Shown one piece after another: positions 28,133 through 43,064 of a stretch of DNA of 63,842 nt. The notes under the pieces were generated by a model. That model had not been told where the DNA came from. It ran no database searches and was given only the letters and a program-made list of their open reading frames with translations. A program made the translations under genes and the position numbers. The DNA lies in NCBI GenBank assembly GCA_034780895.1, contig JAUZTB010000080.1, positions 10,543,168 through 10,607,009 of the forward strand, given 5' to 3'. This DNA comes from Rhynchobatus australiae (lineage: Eukaryota). Every line of letters starts with the position of its first letter. The stretch's first letter is position 1.

Positions 28133-31100
28133 CTGCAGAATACAAGTTAAAGGGAACTGCTTTGAAAGGGAAGACATGGCAACAAAAAACTGCTCAAAAA
28201 TGTTAATGATTTTAATGGCGAACAAGAAGTATTTTCTTTTATTCTTTTGCTTTCTCCCCACTAATTTTCTAACTTACTTCCCTGAAAGTGGGATTATTAA
28301 TTCAATCAGCAGCATCCTAGTAATCACTGGATTCATAAACCCAAGAGCTAAGTGATCCTTTAGAAAGAACTGGGATTTGGAAAACTCATCCTGGAATGCA
28401 GCAAGGTTAAGCTAAATCAACATGACACATTGTTTACCAGAGACTCAATTTTACAGAAAATACAGCAGTGGTTGACCTAGTAATGTACATCATTCCAATT
28501 GATTAACACCATCCAAAGCAGAAAAGCAACATCCCATTGAAGCTAAGTAGCATTGCAAGCCATAGAAATCAAGAGGAAAAAATGCTGGAAATGCACAGTG
28601 GATTTTTCAGCATGTGTGATAAGCTATGAACTTTGATGAAATGCACTCAATCATGGTTTTAGCCTGCCCTTTCCCTTTCAGATACTGGCCCTTCTGTTTG
28701 GATTTCCAGTATTTTCTCCTTTCATTTGTGCTTCCCAATATTGGCAGCTTTTATGCTCCAGCAGAAAGATCTCTTTTCTCATTCCAGGTGAAGGTTCACT
28801 TGCAGTTTTGCCAATTTGAATTGTGCATTTCTGTATACATTCTCCTCTGTCATCAAAATTCTAAACAGAATGCAATGCTGAAAGGTGGACTGGTGTCAAC
28901 AGTTTGTGAATAGATTGCTCTCACCTTCCCGACTAGAGAGCAATCCAGTTAGCAAAGGAGGAAGCAGGCAGTGGAATAATCTTATCATTTCAAAGCCAGA
29001 TACTTACATGTGCAGCGCAGTCTGGGCCTTGGCAGCCTCTTGCTTGGTACTGTACCGGACCAATGCGGTGCCGTGCGTCAGGTTCAGGTGGAATGTTATC
29101 AGCGGGCCATGCTGCATGCAGATTGTTCGGAGAGTGGAGCCATCGATCTGAGGGAAGCAATGTTTAACTAGTTAAATGAAAACTGCCGCCTTCTACTGCT
29201 CCTCAGCTTCTGACAGGAGTGTAGGGCCATCCTCCAATGATATGTGTCACCTATCCAAGTGATGTCTTTTATACTTGAGCCTTCAGCGACTGTTGCAGGC
29301 TTTTCCACTGGAGCTTAATGCCAATACCTTTCATTCTACTTTTCCCAGCTAAAGGCCTCCAGAGTCATCTGCTCTGCATCAATTGCCAACATAAGCTGTG
29401 ATCTCATTCTCTGCCCTGCCAGGCCCTTAGACTTACATGGCCCAAAAACACATCATGCAGCTCATCCATCGAAAGAACCAAAACACAGCTCAGATTAATT
29501 ATCTCAACCAAAGAGCAAAGCTTTCAAATGCCCTGGAGCAATGCCCACCATTTGTTCAATTGACCAAAAGCCCTAAATTAGGAGAAGGCTAATCTTGATG
29601 GTATTAGACAGGAACTTGCAAGGACTGATTGGGAAAAGCTGTTAGCAGGTAAAAAGGGACACATGGCAAGTGTTGAGGCTTTGAAAAGCGAGATAGGGAG
29701 AGTTCAGAGGCAACATGGCAGGATTAAAGAACCCTGGCTGACAAAGGATATTGAAGCTCTGGTCAGGAAGAAGGCATATGTCAGGTATAGGCAGCTGGGA
29801 TCGAGCAATTCCCAGGAGAAGTATAATAGATGTAGGAGTATGCTTAAGAAGAAAATCAGGAGGGCAAAAAGGGACACAAAATATCCTTGGGAGATAAGGT
29901 AAAGGAGGATCCTAAAAGTTTCTGCAAGTATATTAAGAGCAAAAAGGTATCCAAGGACAGAACAGGTCCCCTTAAGGATCGGTGTGGTCATCTATGCTAG
30001 AGCCACAGAAGATGGAGAGTTCTTAAATGAATACTACTTGACTATCTCCACAGTAAATACAGACATGAGGTGAGGGAGTTCAAGAAAGGACTGTGATTAT
30101 GAAACCAACATTATGAAAGGTGTTGTTGGCGGATAAAGCTCCGAGGCCTGACAAAGGGCATCCTGGGATATTGTAGGAAGCAAAAGAAGAAACTGCTGGG
30201 GCCCTGGCAGATATATTTGTATCACCATTAGCCACAAGTGAGGAACCAGCAGATGAGATGGTGGCTAATGTTATGCTTTGATTTAAGAAGGGCTGCATGG
30301 ACAAGCCAAGGAACTACAGGCCAGTGAGCTTAACATCAGTGGTGGGTAGGTTACTGGAGGGGATTCAGAGAGACCAGATCTATCTGTATTTGGAAAGGCA
30401 AGGGCTAATTAAGGATACTCACCATGGCTTTATGTGTGGGAAACCACGGCTCATGAATTTGATAGAGTTTTCGGAAGATATGAGCCCTGTCTGGGACAGG
30501 GCAGTGGTCGTTATCTACATGGACTTTAGAAAGGGCTTTGACAAAATGTCACATGGTAGATTGACTCAGGCAGGTTGGATCACATGGGATCCAGGGCACT
30601 TTTACTAACTGGATACAAAATTGGCTTGGTGAAAGGAGTCAGAGGGTGGTACTGGAGGCTTGTTTTTCAGATTTGAGGCCTGTAACCAGCAGCGTGCCAC
30701 AGAGATTAGTGCAAGTCCCGTTTGTCACGCATATTGAATAAGAATGTAGAAGACATGATTAGTAAATTTGAGGATGACAGCAAATTGGTGGCGTAGTGGA
30801 CAGTGAAGATTGTTATCCTTGGTTACAACAGGACCTAGATCAACTGGGAAAGTGGGCAAAGGAATGGCGGATGGAATTTAAGTCAGACAAGTGTATTTTG
30901 GAATGCTAAAACCAGGGCAGGACATACACAGTGAATGGCAGGGCCATGGAAAGTGTTATAGAACAAAGAGACCTCAGGGTACAAGTGCATAGTTCCCTGA
31001 AAGTTGCAACATAGGTAGAGTGCTGAAGCCGGCTTTTGACACACTTGTTTTCATCAGTTGGGACAATGAGTACGACACAGCTGTACAAGATTTGGTGAGG

Positions 31101-34100
31101 GCACTTGGAGTACAGTGTGCAGTTCTAGTCACTGCACTATGGGAACAATGTGATTAAGCTACAGAAGATGCTGTCGGAATTGGAGGGCTTGAGTTATAAA
31201 GAGAGACCAGAGAAGTTGGGACTGTTTTCCATGGAGCAAAGGAGGCTGAGGAGTGCCCTTTAGAGGTTTATAAAATCCTGAGGGGCATAGATAATGTGCA
31301 TGGTCACAGTTTTTTTTTATCCAGGGTAAGAAAGTCTAAAACTAAAGGGCATTAGTTTAAGGTGAGAGGAGAAAGATTTAAAGAAGATCCAAGGGGTGAG
31401 TTTTTCCACACAGGAGGTGGTGAATATACAGAATGAGCTGCCAGAGGAACTGGTAGAGGCAGGAACAATAACAACCTTTGAAAGCTATTTGGACAGGTAC
31501 ATGAATTGGAAATGTTCAGAGGGAGATGGGCCAATTGCAGGCAAAAGGGACTAGCTCAAGTAGGTACCTTAGCAGCATGGGTGGGTTGGGCTGAAGGGCC
31601 TGTTTCAGTGCTGTATAAACTGACTCTCTGCATTAAAACTTGTTTTCATCATTTATTCTTTTGAGTCAATCAGTAGAACAAATATATCCACTAGTTCTCC
31701 ATGAAAACCACTGGTGACAGTATTACTAAGGCAACTAATATGTCTTGAATTCAAATTGAATTCTTTTCCAGACCATCTCAGTATTTGTGTATTCTACAAT
31801 TTTGATAATGGCATGAAAAGCAGAAAGTGCCAAACATATTCAAATGATCAGGAAACATCTATGGAAATATAGTTAACCTTTCAGGATAGAAAATGTTCAT
31901 CAGAACAGGTTTCATAATTCCTGTGTCTTTTTACACAAATGCCACTAGACCGGCAGAGTGTTTCTATTTCTGATTTACAGCATGTGTCATTTTTTGATTT
32001 GCAAATCTTTGGCATTGGCATGTTTGTTTTTGACAGTGATAGCCAAACCTTTGGTGTTAAACACTGCACTGAGTGTCACTACGCTTGCTGGAAAATACCA
32101 GGCAGTCTAGTAGACAATGACAATTTCTAATGGTCAGGCTTCCACCACTGTGCTCTGCAATTTACTTACCTCCAAATAGAAATCTTCAGGAGATCCTGGA
32201 TTTATCCTCTTCCCTAACAGATTTTGCCTCCGGCTCCCTTATATCAACCTTAAGTCATCCTGTCTCGATCAGTTTTCTCTTTCTTCCTGCTCTCTATTTT
32301 AATCTTTCCCTGTGCTCTGTACAAGATATCAAGTACAGCTCTACATGCCTGCACTTTCCACAATCCAATGGAAGAAGAAGTTTACAACAGAGATATACAC
32401 CAGTTTTTGTCTGCAGGAAAATCTATTTGCCTACTTTCAAAAACAGATGGATACCAAGAAACTTGTATGCAATGCTCGGTGACACTAAATAACCATTATG
32501 CTTAACTAACATGCTGGAGAAAACATCATAAACCAACCAGGAAGCACAACCAGCTCCTTGACATGCCTCATCATTGATTAATTTAATTTCATTACCTGTG
32601 GAGTGAGATTATGAAGAACAAGCCAGGAGCTGACCCGACCAGATCCACCCGAATTGCCATCACTCCAGTTGGAACCTAAAGAGAGAGGAGGAGATGAGGT
32701 ACATTTTTCTTGAAAACAAAGGATGCTTTTATCTTGCAATTGCCAGGCAGCCTATTTAATAATTGTGAATTGACAGATGGGAACCACTAAATTTCATTAA
32801 CTCTAGGAGACACATAGCAAAATTGAGATAAGTTAGGACACTGTTATTAGTTACTGACAAGTTTGGAGGGACAAACTCATGCATCCCTACACTTGATAAC
32901 AACCATCAAGCATCCATCTATTCCAATCCAATTTACCAGCACTTAATTCCTAGGCAACATACTTTGCAGCCAATAATTTACTTTTTAAATGCAGGCTCAA
33001 AACATTTACATTTCTAAAATCACAGAACATTTGAAATAAGGAGGTCACACACACCTTCAAGCCTGCTCCACCATTCAATTAGATTTAAGTAGGTCTCATA
33101 TGCAATCGCTATGAGTAGACAGGGAAATACAAGCATGGCAAAATCCTACAAACAGCAGCACAATCTAACTGACTAGGAAATTTCTTCATTCACTTCCACC
33201 TGAGGATTCAATAACCTTGGTTTACTATCTGCTATGAAGGACACCACATCTGGTAATGCAGCATTTAGTCATTCCACATAGTAACAGGTCCTTTGACCCA
33301 GAATGAGCCTGCCAACCATCAGGTATCTATCTATTCCAATCCCATTTACCAGCACTTAATCCCAAGACTTTCGTGCCTTGGCAATTCAAGTGCTCATCTT
33401 CTTAAATCTTCTGAGAGAACCTGTCCCCACCATCTTGTCAGGCAGATTGCAACCACCCTCTCGGTGAAATTCTTTTTTAAACTTAGATCCCCTCTAACCT
33501 TCTTGCTCCTCACTTTAAACTATGCCCTCTGGTTTTAGACATCTGTCTCCCAGAATCTTGCTAACCTCTATCAGGTTCCCTTCAGCCTCCCCTGCTCCAA
33601 GGTAAACAAGCCCAGCCTATCCAGTCTCTCCTCACAACAGAGGCATTCCATCCAAGGCAACATTCTGGTAAATTTCCTCTGCACCCTCTCCATTATAATC
33701 ATGCCCTTCCTATACAATAGCAACTAGAACTGTACACAATACTCCAGCTGTGGCTTAACCAAAGTTTTATTAAGTTGTACCACAACCTTCTTGCTCTTAT
33801 GTTCTAATGAAGACCAGCATCTCATATGCTTTCTTCACCACCTTACCTACCTTTAGGGATCTATGGACATACACCAAGATCCCTCTGATCCTCAGTACTG
33901 CCTAGGGCCTTACCATTCATGGTGTTTGCCCCATCTTTATCTCCAAAGATGTATCACCTTGCACATTGGAATTAAACTCCAAATGTTATTGCTCCACCCA
34001 GTTTACTAGCTGATCAATATGTTCTTCATTACTCTACAAGAGATCAGTCTAGATTATTTACACAGTTCATCATTCTTTCAGGGTAATTTTGGAGCCACAG

Positions 34101-37100
34101 GATTCAGCTGGGCACAGCTGTGAACAGAGTCCACTGACTCGTGGCCTAGGATTTCCTCTCACTGATTACTCAAGCACACCAAAAACATTAGCTTAATCCA
34201 CGAGGAATGAATTTTATAACATAAAATAACTTTGAACTGGAGAGAGATATTGACAGAACCAAAGATAAGGGAAGCGGGCAATAAGGTACACACTAAGGGC
34301 ATATCGTGACTCCTGCATGCCCCATCCTCTGCTGAATCGGGGTGCTCCGCTGCCCCATGGAGATGACGGAGGTTTCTGATTGGTCAGTCCTGGTGGTGGC
34401 CGTGTTGGCGGNNNNNNNNNNNNNNNNNNNNNNNNNNNNNNNNNNNNNNNNNNNNNNNNNNNNNNNNNNNNNNNNNNNNNNNNNNNNNNNNNNNNNNNNN
34501 NNNNNNNNNNNGTTGGCGGGTTAGTGTTTTTAGATGACATCTGATTTTTCCACATCCTGGGATGTCCGATTGGATCTGGAGACCACGTAGACTTGAAATC
34601 ACTGAACTTGGCTGGAACAACAACATGATCAGGATACCGTTAAAACAATTAAAAGACCAGTCAGACTAGTTCAGAGTCCCCATACCAGACAATACATTTA
34701 AGTCATTATAAAGGCTCAGGTACAGGTCTAAAACTAAAAGAATATTTGATTTTTAGCACATGTAACATTCCATAATTACATTTTTAGGAAAGTATAAATA
34801 TTATCAAATGAATAGCCAAATCAGTCCCATAACTTATTCACCTTGCAGTCCAGTAGTCAAAATCAAAGTCACACTGACAAAATTGTGAATTAGTAGAGCT
34901 CCCATGACAGTGAATCAAGATCAAGTATTAACTCATGCACAGTAGAAGGGGAAGAAATACTGGTTTGGACAAGTGAACTGAGGCAGTAGATTCTAGGGGT
35001 GGAACATAAATCAAGGAAAGAATTGAAATGTTAGGGACGAAGAGCAGAATTGAAATTATAGCTTTGCCTAACCTAACCCAGGCAAACAAGTTGATGTGGT
35101 TTTGTCTCTTTAAATTTATGGTAGAAACAAGGGAGTTTTCTGTACAGCATAATCTGCTTAATTATATTTTTTGGAAAAAATAATGCACGGTAAACTTCCT
35201 ATTACATATTACATAGATCACAGACAGTATATTTTGTCATTACAACAGTTAATATTTAGCCATAGAAAGTAAAGGGAAAATAAGGTTCAGACAGTGGATG
35301 GTTCAGTGCAATCCTTCTAACCTGAAGTGCTCTGTACGGTGCTGTAGGAGCTGTTCGAGGCACTATAGGACCAGGCACCGGGTGAAGGCAGCGAGGTGTT
35401 CAGGGAGGAACTGGACCCTGTGATAAAAAAGGCATAGTTAAAGGTCGGGAGAATTCAGATCAAGAATATACAATGTGTGTTTAATGTTCTGCATAATCTC
35501 CCTTCACAATCACATTATTATGACCACCACCAGAGGCAAACATGCAGACCTGCAATGGCCAATAGTGTCCACTTCATTCCTTGGGGGTAGTGTACTGGAT
35601 CCTCCATCCCAATAAAACACACATTTTGGTCTCTCAGAATTAATACAAAGCAACATTTAAGAACACTATAGAAAACAGTGAATGCATTCATACCTGTGCT
35701 CCTGTCCCTGAGAAGTTGGTGTTCCGAGTCCGGGGATGGGGGTGCTGCAGAGCTGTTTATCATGCTCGCTGGGGTCGCATACGGGTCTGATTCGGGGTCA
35801 ATGTTTTGGAAACCCTTCCATGGTTCCCCAGGGCGGAACTCTGAAAATTAAGGTAAAGAAAGAGAATGCATCAATTAATTTTATTACCTTGTAACTGACA
35901 CACAAAGTGACATTGAAACACAATGACTGTCACTTAACATGAAGCTCCAAAGTAGGATTGAGGGACTAATGCATTGACCAAGGTGTCCAATTTTCTGGTC
36001 TACCTTCTCTGGTGATCTAGGTTCATGTTAAAGATATCAATGCAGGAGAAACACAGAATTTCAAAAGGTGTCTAAAGAAATATCTTTCACTTTATAGAGT
36101 AACACAGGGACTGATGTAGCCACTCACTCATTTCATTACCATCCGTGGAATTTCCAGAAGGAAAATGGATGCTGCTATTATGGGATATATTAGCACGCTG
36201 GACTAGTAATCCAACTAGAAGTCTCAACTAGAAATCCAAAGGCAAGTTCAAATCTCACCACAGGATGGTTTTGTGGAATTTAAATTCAGTTACTAAATCA
36301 ATCTGGATTTAAAAAGTGAGCATCAGTAATAGAGACCACAAAACTAATGCAATATCATAAAAATCCACCTGGTTTTAGGTGGTCCTTTGGGGGAAGGAAG
36401 CATGCCAGCCCAATCTGGTTTGTATGCAACTCCAGAATCACAGCAATGAATATGCTCTTTGAAACTACCTTGCAAGTCACTTTAAGACAGATAATAAGTG
36501 CTGGCCTTGTCAATGGCGACATTCCCGGAATGAATAAAGAATCAGAATAAACAGTTACTCTACTTCCAAGTAACCCACTACATGCAAAGAAAAATTCCTG
36601 ACAAATGAAATACTTTTGTACTTAGTTCCAGAAATCAAAAGTTTGCTTTCAGAATCAGTCAATTAATATTATAGTGGAACTAAGGACAACTCTGACTACT
36701 GGAATGGGCTGCACTATGACCGTTCAGTAAAGCATGATTCAGTTTTCCCAGTGGAGACTCATTGTCCCAAAGTTCCCATGGGTATTCCTGGTGTTTCCTC
36801 ATGAATACTGTTGTTAGGTATTAACTACCAGTTCAGTGTAAATTTGACAATATAAGCTTTTGCGGATTTGGTTTCACTTAGGAAGGACTGAGGGTCACGA
36901 CAGGCACTGAACCCAGGTCAGGGTCCACCCACTGTTTATTCTTCAAATGGTGCAATCTTTTTGCTAAGAGTCACAAATCTGTAGTAAGGGCTTGAATTCC
37001 TGTTTTATAGGTTAGCCAATCTCACTGGTTCAAACTAAAACTATTTTACCACAGAGAGAGACCACATTTAACAGGGTCTTGCATTATTTAAAAAAAAGGT

Positions 37101-40100
37101 TTATCTCAGACCTGGAGGCCAACTGGATCCGCTGGAACCATTTGAGAGCTTAGGGGTGGACCAGTTATCACTCGCAGGGCCAGAATGGCTGGCCAAGGAA
37201 TCACCTGCTATCATTTCATAATAGGGTAAACTATCTCGAGGCTTCACCGGTGGTGCCATGCTGCTCGAAATAGCACCTATAAAACAAAATAAAATTACAA
37301 AACTAATAACACACAATTCAGCTGGGTGATCAGCAACAGAACTCAAACAAATTAATATTATATGCCTTTTGTTCAAACCAGTCAAGGGAATACACACACA
37401 AACGAACAACTGAACACGTCCCTGCATTGCAGTCATCGAGCAGTGGGTAATAAGGTGTGGAATAAATCAGATATACAATGAAGTGCAGCCAGTGCTGATT
37501 GGTGGCTGAGCAATACCTGGGAATACAGTCCCCCAAGCTTGTTCATAGTTTCAGCTCTAAGGTACTCTCACTTTTCCTGAATTTCAAACTTAATGAGTCA
37601 GAAACATCAGCTGAACCACATTCACACCAACTCTTTGACACACTTTCCAATCAAATGTGCTGAAATTTAACCAAACTTGGAGCTATATACCACTTTAAAG
37701 ATAACTTGTGCCTACAAGGATGCTGTTGAATACTCTGGGTCTAACACATTCTTCAAATGCTTGGCTGCCAAACCAGTTTGTCCATGCAACTCACTACTCA
37801 GCATCACTTTAGGTAAGATGTCTTGATAAGTGTAGAGGTAAATCAAAGTCTAATTCTTACCGCCATTAAATGTTTCTTCTGACACGACTTGTCTTCTTAA
37901 AAACATTTCCTCATCATCTTAGGAGCAGTAACACAAGCGAATGGGTTTCTTTCTTTCTTTGTATACTAAGACTATTCATATGAAACTTATCTAATTTCTG
38001 AAGTCTTATCACTGGCAGTAACCAATCCATTTTTGACTCCCCAATTCAACACCAATTTGAAATCATATTCTTTGTACCACTGTTAGTATTCAATACTGAA
38101 GGCTCTCACTGTACATTGCCATCTCCACAAATTCAACACAATGCCAGCAGGATGACTGACTGGGGTACACAATTCCAATCTGGTAACGTCAAACTGAGTA
38201 GCAATTTAACATGGGCTCCAACTCTATGGTTTATTACATGTGGGCATTTCATTGCATTTGTGTCTAAGCCATGCCCAAATTGTTTGTAATCAGCACATGA
38301 AATTGATTGAAAGGTAAAGTACACAACATTCATGATTGAAAAGGAGAGAGAAGGTGCAGAAAATAACTGATTGAGTGACTCTGAATATTGGCTTTAAAAG
38401 GTTGTAGATTGCAGGAGAAAAAGCAAATAGAATGAAATTAGAAAGCACCCAGTCAGAGAAGTTGAAAACAAGGAATGAAGAAAAAAATGAATGTGCATGA
38501 TGTAATGTGTTCAATACATTCAATGTAATGTCTGCATAGTTACCATTTTTCAGGGGGTTGTGATCTGGTGGTGGAGTGGCAGGAGAGAGACCATCCATAG
38601 TCGTCCACTGCTTGAGCCGTGATTGCTGCGACTGAGGTTCTTTCATTCCTACAATACTGTTGACATCTAACTGGTTTACGTTCATGTTTGAGGCCATGCC
38701 TAAAACACAAAAGATGTTTTAATGCTGAGGACTTCAAAACCATAAGCTTAGTAAAAACTTAAAAACAGAAGTTTTATACAGCGGCAGGATCACAAGACAA
38801 CCTGACATGGGAACTCACCCATTGGGTAGCCCGGCTGAATCTGTCCTTTGGTCTGGAAGTCTGGAAGGCCAGAGGGAAGAGAACTAGGCACAACATTATC
38901 CAGGTGTTGCTTGGGCATACCCGGGTGCGACGGAGAATGCTTCATCCCTGGGGTGTTGTTGTGTCGATGCTGTTGTTGTTGCTGTTGCTGCTGCAGAGCA
39001 TTCACAATACGGGCAAGCTACAGGAAAGCAAGAGTACGAGTTAAGACCGCTCAGGCCTTCATTCAATCATTCCCACCATCCAGTCATGTCCNNNNNNNNN
39101 NNNNNNNNNNNNNNNNNNNNNNNNNNNNNNNNNNNNNNNNNNNNNNNNNNNNNNNNNNNNNNNNNNNNNNNNNNNNNNNNNNNNNNNNNNNATGTCCTCC
39201 ACCTCAACCTGTATATAAGCATCAAACAATCTGCTGGAGGAATTCAATGGGTCATTCAGCAACTATTGGAGGAATTACTGACGTTTCAGGTCAAAACCCT
39301 GCATAGGACTCAGATCATTTGAGCAAAGGACCAGGCAGCAGATGCTGCTCAACCTGATGAATTCCTCCAGCAGGTTGTTTGTTGCTCCAGATTCCAGCAC
39401 CTGCAGTCTCTGGTGTCTGCTGTATACAAGCACAACTATTCCCCTTAAAGAACCACATTTGGGTACCTCAGACAATGCTTTAAGAAAGCAAGTGCGATAA
39501 AGCCCATGGAAATGTCGACAGGTAAGAAATGCTTTAATTGCCTTTACTCCTCTTGGGTTATAATAGGGAACATCAGCATATAAACCTCTTGTAGTGTCTG
39601 CCTTACCAGGACAGAACTTATAGCTTCCCCATTAACAATTTACAGTGAGCATGGAAAACGTAGCAGCAATGTGTAGGGTAAAACATTATAAAACTTTTAA
39701 ACCTCTTGGGATTGACCAGCAGTGAGTGGTATCTCTGATTCTTCCAATTCTTATGTAATCTGNNNNNNNNNNNNNNNNNNNNNNNNNNNNNNNNNNNNNN
39801 NNNNNNNNNNNNNNNNNNNNNNNNNNNNNNNNNNNNNNNNNNNNNNNNNNNNNNNNNNNNNNGTAATCTGAATTTAGACAAAGTAGGATCAACTGATGAC
39901 TATCCAGGGTGATTCCACCACACTGCAGTTGAAGGGCAAATGATAAAATGAAATCCTTTGCCTGAGGCTAAAGATCCTGCCAACATCCCTATCCAAATCC
40001 ACATCGACCTTACTTACTCTAGCCTCACAGATTATGCCTATGCTGTCCAAACGCAACTGAAATCAATTCACTTTCCTGACCTTTTTGTGCTGCACATTTG

Positions 40101-43032
40101 TTTCTCTGCTCCAGGGTATATGACTAAGATCAGAATTCAAAATGTTTAGTGAAACTTCACCATGTGACTAGGTAGTGTTAAGTGCTGGCTTAAACTACCC
40201 ATCAATGGTAAATTAGTTTGCTTATTTTCAGCAATTCCTAATTTTAGTTTAGATTTTCAATGCCCACAACTTTTTGTTTTCATGTAGACTGAGGTGAACT
40301 TCTACCCAAGTCACAACAGCACTGCAATGATTCACATATGAACCATGCAGCACATGCAACATTTGGTTTCAGTGTATGCACTGAACCAAATACTTGCTTG
40401 ATATTTAGCCTTCCCTGCATCAAATCATATTCCAGGTTAAATGGTGATGCAACAATCTGATGCTACTCTAGAGTGGGGAGTATTATTTGATAGAAATCTG
40501 GCAGAGGGATAATTGAACTGACAGTCAACTCAGCCCATTTCCCTTAATATTTAAAATCTCATTTGGCTTGGTAGATGGCAATACTATTGAACCAAGAGGC
40601 ATTTTGTTACAGCACATATTGGCCCCAAGAAAGCATACAAAATCTGTGCATTTTCACCACCACAACTGATAACTGTGACATGAGAACTAAAACTGTTATG
40701 TGGCAGACACAGGACTGCACAAGTCACAAGTGCTGTTCGTGTTTGGATGGTTTAGCACTCCTGGCTTAAATCGCCAACAAAGAATGCTAATAAACAGTAA
40801 AGCAGGCATCTCAAATAAGAGAATACAAAATAGAACCAGGAGCGGGTCATTTGCCTCTCACACCTGCTCTACCATTCAATATGATGGCTTGTATTTTACT
40901 TCAGCACCACTTGCCTGCGCCAACTACATAGCCCTTTATCTCCTTAACATCTGAAATTTTTGTATCTGTATTGAATACTCAGCAACTGAGTTTCCACAAC
41001 CTTCTTAGGTAGAGAATGCCTACCCTCAGGGTGGAGGAATTACTTCTCATTTCTGCCCTAGATGACTGATCCCTTACTTTGAGACTGTGATCCCTGATTC
41101 TGTATTCCATTATTGTTTTTCCTTTTGTACCACCTCAATGTACATGGGTATGGAATGATCTATCTGGATGGCATGCAAACAAAGCTTTTCACTGCATCTC
41201 AGTACATATAATAACAATAAACCAATTAGCAAGGTTCTAGACACTCCTGTCAGGGAAATATCATCTCCACATCTATCCTGTTAAACTCCTAAAATGAAAA
41301 ATATCCACCAACACTGCAAAAAAAAAGTTAAGAGTTTTGCAATAGATTCCCTATCTTTAGCATCACGTACTTGCTGTTCTTGTTGTTGTCGGACTGCAGC
41401 AGACAGCTTCCGTTGGTTTTGCAGCACTTGCTGCTGCTGCTGTTGTTGAAGCAACAGCTGGTAAGCCTGTGTGAGGAGAAGTCAGAGTGAACCAGGGACA
41501 GGAAATCACAATGAAAGGTAAGATCAGTCTTGTTCCTGTTTAATTGGTTATACTACAGAGCAATGGGGGAATAGATTCAACTCTTCCTTATGTCTGCCAT
41601 TCTTCCCGAAATACTGCACACTCACGATGCACTGTGCTGCCCTTTTAATTGCCACCCCATGAACACATGCAAGGCTTTGGAGTTTTAATGAAGCAAGGCT
41701 GCAATTCCCAAAGAAGAAAAGTCAAAATTACACAGCCACCAACTGAAATGCAAAGCCACTCTCAAAGTTATGGCATCAATGTCCTTCAGCGCACTAGCTT
41801 TCTTTGTAAATGATCTATACTAATTGAGCCCAACCAGAGACGATACAGCTTTAGAGATTATATCACGCCATAGTGTAAGTACATGTGGGCTTCTTTNNNN
41901 NNNNNNNNNNNNNNNNNNNNNNCTGTAGCTGTGGGAGCTGAGGGATTTGGCTGAGCATAGCTATTTGTTGAGGGGATAGCTGAGGACCAAGGCTAAACAG
42001 GGCTGGGTTCAGGGCACCATTTGGAGTGGTATGCTTCAACATGGGGGCAGGAACCTGCAAACAAGCCAAGGAATCTATTTAGCATTTAATAAATTAAACA
42101 TCACCACCTCAATTTTATAAACCTAGCCAATCTAAAAAAAAACATTTATCAATTTGACTCAAAGGCACTTCTAATATCCTCTACTAATTAATGCCTTCAC
42201 TAACAACAGCAGAGATGACAACATGGGATTAGATGGCTTGTGCCTCTACATAAGGTTTATATAGAGGCATACCAGTGTTGAAAAATGAATCAGTTCCCAC
42301 AATGGGCACCCAATGACAAACATCCAAACGCCAAGTAGTACAAAAGCTCAAAACTATAAATAAAAACTAAATGCTTAGTAGATCAGATGGCAGCTCTGGA
42401 GAAAGAAACAAAGCTAATGTTTCAAGTCAATGACATTTCATTGACCTGAAATGTTAATCGTTTCTCTCTCCATGGATACCATTTGCCCTGCTGATTATTT
42501 CCAGCAGTTTTAAAAAATACATAAAATTGTTAAACATCCAATGTTTGGCCTAGACCTTGCACATGAATCCAAGACCAAGAATTGATCAACTACTCACAAA
42601 ATCTAGACTCTCCAAATCCCATTGCATCCGACCCCTTCCAAATTAACGTAGAGTGAAGATAAAGGGAAGTGATGTGAAGTACAGACTCTGTTACATACCT
42701 GAGGAGGGGGCAGGAACTGCGGAGGCACTTGAGCCCGAAGGTTAGGCTGGGATGAATTCATGGACTGCACCTGAGGTGTGTGCACACCTCTGGATTGTGC
42801 TGTGCTACTGCCAAATAAACCATGATTGCCATTCTGCATGTGCAAGATAAAGGGGAGCGAGAGAGAGAGAGAGAGGGGGGNNNNNNNNNNNNNNNNNNNN
42901 NNNNNNNNNNNNNNNNNNNNNNNNNNNNNNNNNNNNNNNNNNNNNNNNNNNNNNNNNNNNNNNNNNNNNNNNNNNNNNNNGAGAGAGATGGGGAGAGAGA
43001 GAGAGAGATGGGGAGAGAGAGAGAGAGATGGG

Positions 43033-43064
<32 letters not shown>

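Noticed and set aside
29663-30608. RT-like ORFs as an active or domesticated reverse transcriptase
   Set aside because: Fragmented CR1 ORF2 with many stops and frameshifts and a degraded catalytic motif
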